Assembly: GCA_017412675.1 (NCBI GenBank)
Contig: JAFPWV010000014.1
Location: 1-63,307, forward strand
DNA: 63,307 nt
Direction: 5' to 3'
DNA from: Clostridia bacterium
GTDB lineage: Bacteria; Bacillota; Clostridia; Oscillospirales; CAG-272
Part shown: in pieces, positions 36,215 through 46,016 of the stretch
Layout of the letters: every line of letters starts with the position of its first letter
How positions within the stretch are numbered: position 1 is the first letter of the stretch
Notes under the pieces: model-generated
Seen by the model: the letters and a program-made list of their open reading frames with translations, nothing else
Told to the model about the DNA's origin: nothing
The model's database searches: none
Translations under genes and position numbers: made by a program

Positions 36215-38256
36215 TGGGACCCGGCGGAGGCTGGCGCGGCCAGCGTGAAAAAATGATCGACAAGCTCAAGGAGCCGAAACCGCAGTCAATACGCGAGGTG
36301 CCGGGATTCCTCTGGCGCGTCGTCTCGAAGTTCTTCTACCGTCTCTTCTATATCTTCCGCATCGTCTGGGACACGAAGCCGTGGATCCTCTTCTTCATGG
36401 TGTTCATGGCGATCTGGAACGGCGTGACGCCCGTCATCAGCGCATACATCGGCGCAGCGCTCCTCAACGTGCTCGCCGCGGCGTTCACCTCCGTGACCAC
36501 GGGCGGGGATATGATGTTCGACGCCGTGATCCGCCTGCTCATCATCCGTTTCGGCTTCAACTTCCTCACGGGACTCGTCGGCCGGATCTCGAGCATCCTC
36601 AACAACATCTCCGGCGAGCTCGTAGTGAACCACGTCAATCTCAAGATCATGCGCAAGGCGCGCGAGGTCGACCTCGCCTCCTTCGACGATCCGGAATTCT
36701 ACGAGCGCTTCGAGAACGCCAAGCGTGAGGCGGGTTCCCGCCCGATCAACATCCTGAACAACAACTTCACGATCATCTCCACCGTCATCAGCATGGTGTC
36801 CTTCATCGTGATCCTCGCCGCGGTCTCCCCGTGGGCGCCGGTCGTCATCGCGCTCATGAGCGTCCCGACGGCCGTCATCAGCTTCGCCTACCGGAAGAAG
36901 AACTTCTGGTACGTGCGCTGGCACTCGAAGGACCGCCGCCAGATGAACTACTACTCCGAGCTCATGACCAACAAGGACATGGTCAAGGAGATCCGCCTCT
37001 TCAACCTCTCCGACAACTTCATCGGGCGGTATCAGGAGACCTTTCTGCGCTATTTCGGCGGACTGAAAAAGCTCTTCATCGGCGAGGGCTGCTGGAACAT
37101 CGGCATCAACCTTCTGACGACGACGATCAACTGCCTGCTCTTCCTCTACATCGCCAAGGGCGTTGCAGAGGGCCGGTACGCGGTCGGCGACTATTCGCTC
37201 TACACAGGCGCGCTCGGCTCCATCGCGGGCGGCATCGGCACGATCATCAACACGACCGCGCAGATCTACGAGGGCACCCTCTTCATCGACAACCTCATCC
37301 GGTTCATGAATGAGAAGCGCACAGTCGTCGCCTCCCTGCCCGCCCCGCGCAAGGTCGCGCACGGCACGGGCCACACGATCGAATTCAAGAACGTGTCCTT
37401 CTCCTATCCCGGCACGGATCGCCGCGTCATCAACAACGTCAACCTGAAGCTCGAGCCGGGCGACACCTGCGTTCTCGTCGGCCTCAACGGCGCGGGCAAG
37501 ACGACGCTCATCAAGCTCCTGACGCGCCTCTACGACCCCACCGAGGGCGAGATCCTCCTCGACGGGTACAACATCAAGGAATACGACACCGACGACCTCT
37601 ACGCGATGTTCGGCATCATCTTCCAGGACTTCGGCAAGTACGCCGTGTCGGTGAAGGAGAACATCCGCTTCGGCCAGCTCGATCGCGACGCCGGGGACGA
37701 GGAGATCGTCGAAGCGGCGGAGCAGTCGACCGCAAGCCAGTTCATCGAAAACCTCCCGGACAAGTACGAGACCCCGCTGATGCGGTACTTCGAGGAAAAC
37801 GGCATCGAGCTCTCGATCGGGCAATGGCAGAAGCTGTCAATCGCGCGCGCGTTCTACTCGGATTCCGACGTCATCATCCTCGACGAGCCGACGGCCTCCC
37901 TCGACGCCATCGCCGAGCAGGACATCTACAACCAGTTTGACCGGCTGCGCAAGGACAAGACCTGCATCTTCGTCTCCCACCGCCTGTCCTCCGCCACGGT
38001 TGCGAACAAGATCATCGTCCTCGAGCAGGGCGCGGTGATCGAGCAGGGGAACCATGCGGAGCTGATGAAAAAGCGCGGGGTGTACTACGAGCTCTTTACG
38101 ACGCAGGCCAAGCGGTACATCACCCCGATCGACGGCGTCTCCGCGGAGGAATTCATGGCCGACGACGAGGACATCGCAAAATTCCTCGACGAGCGCAAGG
38201 ACGGAAGACGTCCGAGAAGACCGGAAGGCCCGCCGGTGCTCGAGGGCGGAAGGTAA
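36214..38256 (+). CDS. ABC transporter, fused permease/ATP-binding protein (exporter type)
   Basis: Six-TM ABC_membrane domain followed by an NBD: Walker A GLNGAGKTT, signature LSIGQWQK and Walker B IIILDEPTA. The ATG at 36214 has a GAAGGAGGAG RBS and overlaps the marR stop. Confidence 0.9.
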   Translation: MGPGGGWRGQREKMIDKLKEPKPQSIREVPGFLWRVVSKFFYRLFYIFRIVWDTKPWILFFMVFMAIWNGVTPVISAYIGAALLNVLAAAFTSVTTGGDMMFDAVIRLLIIRFGFNFLTGLVGRISSILNNISGELVVNHVNLKIMRKAREVDLASFDDPEFYERFENAKREAGSRPINILNNNFTIISTVISMVSFIVILAAVSPWAPVVIALMSVPTAVISFAYRKKNFWYVRWHSKDRRQMNYYSELMTNKDMVKEIRLFNLSDNFIGRYQETFLRYFGGLKKLFIGEGCWNIGINLLTTTINCLLFLYIAKGVAEGRYAVGDYSLYTGALGSIAGGIGTIINTTAQIYEGTLFIDNLIRFMNEKRTVVASLPAPRKVAHGTGHTIEFKNVSFSYPGTDRRVINNVNLKLEPGDTCVLVGLNGAGKTTLIKLLTRLYDPTEGEILLDGYNIKEYDTDDLYAMFGIIFQDFGKYAVSVKENIRFGQLDRDAGDEEIVEAAEQSTASQFIENLPDKYETPLMRYFEENGIELSIGQWQKLSIARAFYSDSDVIILDEPTASLDAIAEQDIYNQFDRLRKDKTCIFVSHRLSSATVANKIIVLEQGAVIEQGNHAELMKKRGVYYELFTTQAKRYITPIDGVSAEEFMADDEDIAKFLDERKDGRRPRRPEGPPVLEGGR

Positions 38257-38280
38257 GGAAAACGAAAGCGAAAATTGAAA

Positions 38281-38307
38281 GAATCCGTCGCTCAGGCGGA
38301 TTTTTTC
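38281..38307 (+). terminator. Rho-independent terminator after the ABC gene
   Basis: AATCCGTC (38282-38289) pairs with GGCGGATT (38295-38302), followed by a run of six T. Confidence 0.75.
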
Positions 38308-38463
38308 TGTACGGGAGGCCGTGCGGCAATTATGTGAAGGTGAAGGAGTACGGATTCCCACGGGCTTCACCCTCGCCATGACCCATCAAGTGCAGCTCAA
38401 CGCCGAAAGGTCAGCGGGAAAATGTCCGGCCTTGGCCCAATTCTGAATTTTCCCGCTTCGGTC

Positions 38464-38943
38464 TCAGCTCATCAGCACGATCACCGAGGCGAACAGAAGC
38501 ACGCTGATGTTTCCCCCTCGCAGCCCTTCCCCGGCGGCAAACAGCCAGAACGCGGCGCATACGGCGTGCGAAACGGTCCGGGCAATCCCGTCCGCGTGAA
38601 AGCCGAGGGGCGTGAGGTGCAGAAGACACGAGAGGATCCCGCCGCCGTCGAGCCCTCTGCAGGGGAGCAGGTTGACCGCCGCGAGGAGGAGCGAGCACCC
38701 GCCGAAGACCTCCCAGCCGTCGATCTCTGCCGCGAGGATCGCCCCGATCACTCCCGCCAGGGGACCCGCTGCATGGACCGCCGCCTCCCGGAGATACCCG
38801 GCGCGGGAGAAATCGAAGGTCAGCCGCAGGCCGCCGATCCCGCCGATGCCGCGCCGCAGAGGGATCCCGAGGAGCCGTGCCGCCGCGAGATGGCCCGCCT
38901 CGTGCAGGATCACCGCCGCCGCGAGCGCGAAAAACCCGCTCAT
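38464..38943 (-). CDS. Minimal site-2 protease (peptidase M50) family membrane metalloprotease
   Basis: 159 aa with HEAGH at residues 14-18 inside TM1 and the second S2P motif NLLPCRGLDGG. About 4 TM segments and no PDZ or CBS domain. Confidence 0.7.
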   Translation of the reverse strand: MSGFFALAAAVILHEAGHLAAARLLGIPLRRGIGGIGGLRLTFDFSRAGYLREAAVHAAGPLAGVIGAILAAEIDGWEVFGGCSLLLAAVNLLPCRGLDGGGILSCLLHLTPLGFHADGIARTVSHAVCAAFWLFAAGEGLRGGNISVLLFASVIVLMS

Positions 38944-38978
38944 ACTAATTCCTTTCCATAAAGAAGCAAACGAAAATT

Positions 38979-39263
38979 CCCCTCATCCGCCCTCCGGGCA
39001 CCCGGTTTCAACTTGTTGAAACCGACCCCACAGGCGGGGGAAGGCAACAAAGAGAGTGTGCAGCATATTTAAAACCGACACCAATTCTCCGTGGAAACCG
39101 TCTTTATTTCTGGAAACGCTGCATGTTATGAGGCTTCCCCCTCCGTGTGGGAAACCGACTTTGCCTTGCAAAGTCGACGAGTTCATTGCCGATGAACTCG
39201 GGCTGTCAATGTAGTGACTGATGAGGGGACTTCATCGCCTTTCATTTACAACGCTTTAAAACA
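38979..39263 (-). repeat. Structured ~285-bp repeat element, copy A (candidate ncRNA or MITE-like element)
   Basis: The reverse complement aligns with 49824-50107. It has a closing inverted repeat CCCCTCATC/GATGAGGGG, three near-perfect hairpins and a long-range GGGGGAAG/CTTCCCCC pairing. It begins 9 nt after the stop of the co-oriented ORF 39273-39605 and ends 35 nt before the S2P start codon. Confidence 0.8.
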
Positions 39264-39272
39264 GATTTCGTA

Positions 39273-39605
39273 TCATTCCCCGCGGATCAGGTTCGCAAAG
39301 AACGTCCCGATCTCATCGAAGACCGACCAGTCCTCCTCGAGAGCGGCATACCGGTCCGGCTGTGCGAGGACGTCCCGCATCCCGTTCTCCGGGACCGCGT
39401 CGGAGGAGACCTGCATGACGGCCACCGCCTCCCGAGACCCGACCGCTGCCTCCCGCCGTTCCCCGCGCGCCACCGGTCCCGCGAGCGCCACCCCGAGCGC
39501 GAGGATCCCGACGGCGAAGAGGACATCCTCCCAGTGGGACCGACGCTTCCCGACTCTTTCGTACCCGACCGTCATTTTCGTATGGATCGCCTCCGTTTCG
39601 TCCAT
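39273..39605 (-). CDS. Hypothetical small single-pass membrane protein
   Basis: 110 aa with one TM segment (VLFAVGILALGVALAGPVA) and an acidic C-terminus. The composition is protein-like, unlike the overlapping S/R/T-rich plus-strand ORF. The RBS is weak. Confidence 0.45.
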   Translation of the reverse strand: MDETEAIHTKMTVGYERVGKRRSHWEDVLFAVGILALGVALAGPVARGERREAAVGSREAVAVMQVSSDAVPENGMRDVLAQPDRYAALEEDWSVFDEIGTFFANLIRGE

Positions 39606-39648
39606 TTTTGACCGTTTCCGCGATGACCTTGTTTTTTTGCCGAATGCA

Positions 39649-39678
39649 TTGACACGCCGCGCGAAAAAGGATTATAAT
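39649..39678 (+). promoter_or_regulatory. Promoter of the cysC/Q-cysD-cysN operon
   Basis: TTGACA (39649-39654), an 18-nt spacer, then TATAAT (39673-39678). The leader is about 45 nt with no riboswitch-sized structure. Confidence 0.6.
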
Positions 39679-39727
39679 GTAGGATGAAGAATTATGGTAT
39701 GAGAGCGGCCCTGCCGCCGGAGAATCT

Positions 39728-41143
39728 ATGACGGAGAACAACCTCACCCCCTACGCTTCCCGAGCGGGCATCCCGGAGCGCATGAAGATCACCGGATCGC
39801 GCCCGGCGGTCTACTGGATGACCGGGCTGTCCGGTTCGGGAAAATCCACCGTCGCCGCGCTGGCGGAAAAGATGCTCGTGGAAGAGGGACGAGCCGCCCT
39901 CATGATCGACGGAGACACCGTCCGCACGGGACTCTGCCGCGGTCTCGGCTTCTCCCCCGAAGACCGTCACGAAAACCTGCGCCGGATCGCGGAGCTGGCA
40001 AAGATCGCCGCGCTCGCCGGTATGACCGTCTTCGTCTGCGCGATCTCGCCGATGGCTGCGGATCGGGAACAGGCGCGCGCGATCCTCTCCCCCGCCGTCC
40101 GGTTCTATGAGGTCTGGATGGCGGCGACCGTCGAGGAATGCGCCGCGCGCGATCCGAAGGGATTGTACCGGAGAGCGTTCGCCGGAGAGATCCGGAACTT
40201 CACCGGGGTCTCCGCGCCGTACGAGCAGCCGGCCGCTCCCGACTTCACCTTCCCCGCGTCGATGTCCGCCGAGGAATGCGCCGCCGTTCTCGTCCGCTCT
40301 GCGCGGGAGGATGACTGGGACCTCGAACGCCTCATGCGCACCATGCTCGATGCGGCTGCCGAAGCCTCCGCCAAGATTATGGAGATCTACGAGAGCACCT
40401 ACGACGTCGCCTACAAAGCGGACAACTCCCCCCTCACCTCCGCCGACACCGCGTCGAACGAGATCCTGACGGGCATCTTCCGCCGCGAATTCCCGGAGTT
40501 CTCGATCCTCTCCGAGGAGGAGGCCGATTCGACCGAGCGGCTCTCGAACAACGCCGGGGTCTTCATCATCGATCCCCTCGACGGGACGAAGGAATTCCTC
40601 TCACACAACGGGGAGTTCTGCGTCTCGATCGGGTTCGCGTCCGGCCATCGAGTCCGTGCGGGCGTCATCGCCGTTCCTGCCCAGAGGCTCTTCTACTATG
40701 CGGCAGAAGGACACGGCGCCTACAAAATGCCCATCGACGGCCTGAAGAAGGACTTCACCGTCGGCGTCGGGGAACGGCTCTCCGTCTCGGACCGCCGGGA
40801 CAAGCTGATCGTCGCGGCCAGCCGCTCGCACGGGGACGCCCAGACCGAGGCGCTCCTCGCGGCGAACGAAGACCGCATCCTCTCGACCGTCACGGCGGGC
40901 TCCTGCCTCAAGGGATGCCTCATCGCCGAGGGCAAAGCGGACATCCACTACCGCTTCGGCGCGTTCATGAAGGAGTGGGACACCGCGGCCATGCAGATCC
41001 TCTGCGAGGAGGCGGGCGCGTCGTTCACCGATCTTCACGGGCGTCCCGTGCGCGCCAACCGCGAGGATCCCGTCAACCGCGACGGCTTCATCATACTCAA
41101 TCACCCGGCGTCCGCGCTGACCATGCCCGACGGGCTGATCTGA
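39728..41143 (+). CDS. cysC: Bifunctional adenylyl-sulfate kinase (N-terminal) / 3'(2'),5'-bisphosphate nucleotidase CysQ-like (C-terminal)
   Basis: The N-terminus has the APS kinase P-loop [12 protein letters not shown] and DGD.VR.GL. The C-terminal ~270 aa has inositol-monophosphatase family motifs ([15 protein letters not shown]). Confidence 0.85.
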   Translation: MTENNLTPYASRAGIPERMKITGSRPAVYWMTGLSGSGKSTVAALAEKMLVEEGRAALMIDGDTVRTGLCRGLGFSPEDRHENLRRIAELAKIAALAGMTVFVCAISPMAADREQARAILSPAVRFYEVWMAATVEECAARDPKGLYRRAFAGEIRNFTGVSAPYEQPAAPDFTFPASMSAEECAAVLVRSAREDDWDLERLMRTMLDAAAEASAKIMEIYESTYDVAYKADNSPLTSADTASNEILTGIFRREFPEFSILSEEEADSTERLSNNAGVFIIDPLDGTKEFLSHNGEFCVSIGFASGHRVRAGVIAVPAQRLFYYAAEGHGAYKMPIDGLKKDFTVGVGERLSVSDRRDKLIVAASRSHGDAQTEALLAANEDRILSTVTAGSCLKGCLIAEGKADIHYRFGAFMKEWDTAAMQILCEEAGASFTDLHGRPVRANREDPVNRDGFIILNHPASALTMPDGLI

Positions 41144-41210
41144 TCCCCGGCCGCCCGCACTTCTCATTTCCGACCCATCACTTCCATTTCAGAAGGATTC
41201 ATCACACTAT

Positions 41211-42097
41211 ATGCAGTACAGCCACCTCGATATGCTGGAGTCGCGGAGCATCCACATCCTCCGCGAATCGTACTCCGCGTTCAAGAATCTCTGCATGCTC
41301 TGGTCCATCGGAAAGGACTCGACGGTCCTCCTCTGCCTCGCGCGCAAAGCCTTTTACGGACACGTCCCCTTCCCGCTCGTGCATGTGGACACACACTATA
41401 AGATCCCCGAGATGATCGAATACCGCGACCGCCTCGCCATGGCGTGGAACCTCGACATGATCTACGGCGAAAACCGGGAGGCCCTCGATCAGAAGGAGAC
41501 CTTCCCGGACGGACGCGCCACCCGGATCGAATGCTGCCGCCGCCTCAAGACCGAAGCCCTGACGCACACCCTCGCCGGGGACTGGCCGCGGTACCGCCTC
41601 AACCACACGACCGGGCTTTACGAAGTCGACCCGAACCGCGAGCCCTTCACCGGGGTCATTGTCGGCGTGCGCGCGGATGAAGAGGGCAGCCGTTCCAAGG
41701 AGCGGTATTTCAGCCCCCGGGACCGCGCGGGCGACTGGGACGCGGACGATCAGCCCCCGGAATTCTGGGGACAGTACAAGACCGATTTCGCCCCCGGCAC
41801 GCATGTGCGCATCCATCCCCTCCTCGACTGGACCGAGGTGGATATCTGGGAATACATCCGGCGCGAGGGCGTTCCGGTCGTGTCCCTGTACTTCAATCAC
41901 GGCGACGGGAAGCGCTACCGTTCGCTCGGCTGCTGGCCCTGCACCAAGCCGGTGGATTCCGACGCCTCCACGCTCGACGAGATCATCGAGGAGCTGAAAT
42001 CCGGCAAGTTCGCGCGCGTCGCCGAGAGAAGCGGCCGCGAACAGGACAAGGAGGACGGCGGCGGCCTCGAAGAGCTGCGGAGAGGGGGGTATATGTG

Positions 42098-42098
<1 letters not shown>
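41211..42098 (+). CDS. cysD: Sulfate adenylyltransferase subunit 2
   Basis: PAPS-reductase/ATP-PPase fold with SIGKDS (PP-loop), [13 protein letters not shown] and a GYM C-terminus typical of CysD. Confidence 0.9.
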
Positions 42099-43678
<1,580 letters not shown>

Positions 43679-43697
43679 TCATGGAAAGGATAAGCCG

Positions 43698-44876
43698 ATG
43701 AAACCGATGAACGATTACCGCTTTGTGCGCGGCGTGAACTACTATCCCTTCCCGACCGACGAGGAAAGGCTCCGCCGGGAGCTCTCCTTCGGACGCCGCG
43801 TGAACCTCAACGCGCTCCGCGTCTGGCTCGATTTCCACACCTGGGAACGCGACGGATCGGACTATGTGCGCCGCCTCGTCGAATCCGTCCGGGTGGCGTA
43901 CGACTGCGGCTATCAGACCATGCCGATCCTCTTCAACGGCAACGGCGAGAATTCCGCGACCATCCCCCGCGACCGCTGGCCCGCGATGGAGGCATACGTC
44001 TCGGAGATCGTGACCGCGCTGCGCGCCGAACCGGGGCTTCTGATGTGGGACGTGATGAACGAGCCGCTCTGCTGCTGGTGGATCGACGGGTGCGCTGACG
44101 CCGAGGAAAAGGCCCGCCGCAAGGAGACCGTCTGGGAATTTTTGCGCCACTTCATCCCCTGTGTCCGCGAGCACGACATGACGAACGCCGTCACCGTCGG
44201 CTACACCACCGCTTGGGAGGCCGAGGATTCGATCAACGCGCTGACCGACGTTGTCTCCTTCCACGATTACAGCCCGACCCGCGCCGTCATCGAGGCGAAT
44301 TTCGCCCGTGCGGCGGAGATCGGGAAGCGGTTCGGCCAGCCCGTCCTCCAGACCGAGACCGGATGTCTCGCGCGCTGCAATCCCTATGACATGGCACTCG
44401 AGACCTGCGAGAAGTTCGGCATGGGCTGGATGGTCTTCGAGCTGATGATCCACGACCGCTGCGACTCCGAGCACGGCGTCTTCTACACGGACGGCACCGT
44501 GCGGGATCCCGCCACGATCGCCGCGATGATGGGATGCTATCGCTGCCGGGATCTCGAGCGTATCGTCGTGCCCGTCCCGAACCGCGAAGGACATGCGGCC
44601 CTCGCGATCGACGGGATCAAAAAGGCCCTGACGGAGTACACCGACGACGCCTTCGACTACCGCCCGTCCGACATCGGCAAGCTGCTCGACGCCTGCGAGG
44701 TCGCGGCGAACCTGCTCGAATGCTGCGATCTCGTTCCCATGGCTTCTCCGCCGACGGCGAAGATCCTCGCATACAGACGCCGAACGGACGCCGGGCAGAA
44801 ACCGCCGCTCGGCGAGATCCGCGCCTTTGCCTACGGGCTCGCGAAGGAACTCAGGGAAATCTGCCAGATCCTCTGA
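43698..44876 (+). CDS. Clan GH-A (TIM-barrel) glycoside hydrolase, no signal peptide
   Basis: GVNYYP, WDVMNEP (acid/base Glu) and QTETG (candidate nucleophile). GGAAAGGA RBS. The family is not resolved. Confidence 0.65.
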   Translation: MKPMNDYRFVRGVNYYPFPTDEERLRRELSFGRRVNLNALRVWLDFHTWERDGSDYVRRLVESVRVAYDCGYQTMPILFNGNGENSATIPRDRWPAMEAYVSEIVTALRAEPGLLMWDVMNEPLCCWWIDGCADAEEKARRKETVWEFLRHFIPCVREHDMTNAVTVGYTTAWEAEDSINALTDVVSFHDYSPTRAVIEANFARAAEIGKRFGQPVLQTETGCLARCNPYDMALETCEKFGMGWMVFELMIHDRCDSEHGVFYTDGTVRDPATIAAMMGCYRCRDLERIVVPVPNREGHAALAIDGIKKALTEYTDDAFDYRPSDIGKLLDACEVAANLLECCDLVPMASPPTAKILAYRRRTDAGQKPPLGEIRAFAYGLAKELREICQIL

Positions 44877-44931
44877 ACCGAATAAGCCGAGAGGGACCGT
44901 CCGCCGGGACAGCCCCTCTTTTTGTCCGGAT

Positions 44932-45795
44932 TCAGATGATCCCCGAGACGGTCAGCGTCGCCGTGCCGGGATCGACGGTCCAGACGCCGGTCGCGGGATC
45001 CTGCGTATAAGACGCCCCCGGGATCGAGAGCACGCCGTCCGCCGTGGCGAATTCGCCGGTGGTCTCGTCGTACACATACTGATCGGGCGTCAGCGTCACG
45101 CCGTTGAGCGTCACGGTGAGATCCGTGAGAACGGGCGAGAAGGTGTCATGGATCACGACGCCGTCCTCCTCCGTTGTCGCCGCACCGGTGTTCTGCACTT
45201 CGAACGTGTAGGTCACGAGGCTGTTCTCGGTGACGACGGTCGGGTTGACGCTCTTGACGATCGAGAGATCCGCCGCCTGCTCCGCCGTGACGACCGCGGT
45301 GTCCGAAACCTCGCCCGTGACGCCCGTGCCCGTGACCGCCGCCGTGTTCTCGATCTGGCCGCCCTCGCCGAGCGGCGCGTATTCGTTCACGTCGGCGAGA
45401 TAGACGAGCGTGGTGACGCCGTTCGCCGGGACGTCGATCCCTTCAAACGTGAGCGCGGTACCGGCCGTCACCTGCGGGGCGGGTCCTTCGACGCCGTCCG
45501 TGAAGAGCCGCGCGGAGCCGTCGACATAGGTCAGCGGGATCGCGGTGATCTTCTCCGTCGTATCGCCGTCCGTCTCATACGAGCCGAGATCGTCGGTGAC
45601 GGTGAGTCCCGTGAGCGGCGTGCCGCCGGTGTTCTGGATGTTCACGACATAGGTGATCCGCCCGCCCTGCGCGTACGTGTCGGGCGTCGCGGTCTTGACG
45701 ATGCCGACGGCGTCCACGATCTCGCCGACGGTGATGTTGGAAGCCCGGGTGACGCCCCCGAACGTGATGGTGGCCTGATTCTGGAAGATTGCCAT
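44932..45795 (-). CDS. DUF11 (conserved repeat domain) protein with two repeats and no signal peptide
   Basis: Two Ig-like DUF11 units (VKTATPDTY...YVVNIQNTG...LTVTD and VKSVNPTVV...YTFEVQNTG...). I chose the ATG at 45795 (AAGGA RBS). The 87-aa N-terminal extension in the ORF track is non-homologous. Confidence 0.7.
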   Translation of the reverse strand: MAIFQNQATITFGGVTRASNITVGEIVDAVGIVKTATPDTYAQGGRITYVVNIQNTGGTPLTGLTVTDDLGSYETDGDTTEKITAIPLTYVDGSARLFTDGVEGPAPQVTAGTALTFEGIDVPANGVTTLVYLADVNEYAPLGEGGQIENTAAVTGTGVTGEVSDTAVVTAEQAADLSIVKSVNPTVVTENSLVTYTFEVQNTGAATTEEDGVVIHDTFSPVLTDLTVTLNGVTLTPDQYVYDETTGEFATADGVLSIPGASYTQDPATGVWTVDPGTATLTVSGII

Positions 45796-46016
45796 TTTCC
45801 TGTCCTTTCCGGGCCGCGCGATGGCAGCCCGCCGCATTCCGGAGAGGGGGAATCGTCCCGCCCCTCCTCTCACAGGATATGCACCCCGGCTCCCCGGCGT
45901 TCGGCGCGGCATATTCTTACACGGTCTCCAAATTGTTAATATAATTGTCACCAATTCCTTCCGCGATCGATGTATAATATTGTCGCCGGGGAATCGCCCC
46001 GGATAAGGAGAATTGT

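Noticed and set aside
38983-39186. 67-aa ORF (MNSSTLQGKVGFPHGGGSL...) and its 80-aa twin at 49899-50141
   Set aside because: The shared N-terminus is simply the translation of the conserved repeat DNA. The two ORFs diverge and end differently exactly where the nucleotide repeat diverges. There is no RBS, and the start codons lie inside perfect hairpins. I treat them as non-coding.
39211-39240. Hammerhead-like CUGAUGA on the antisense strand of both repeat copies (GTGACTGATGAGGGG)
   Set aside because: The motif is just the complement of the closing-helix arm. There is no appropriately placed GAAA, stem III or cleavage-site triplet, and the flanking pairings do not form the three-way hammerhead junction.
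39606-39727. Possible SAM riboswitch, T-box or other riboswitch ahead of the cys operon, and similarly ahead of hom at 52675-52778
   Set aside because: The leaders are too short (about 45 nt and about 30 nt after the predicted -10 elements) and show no conserved riboswitch motifs.
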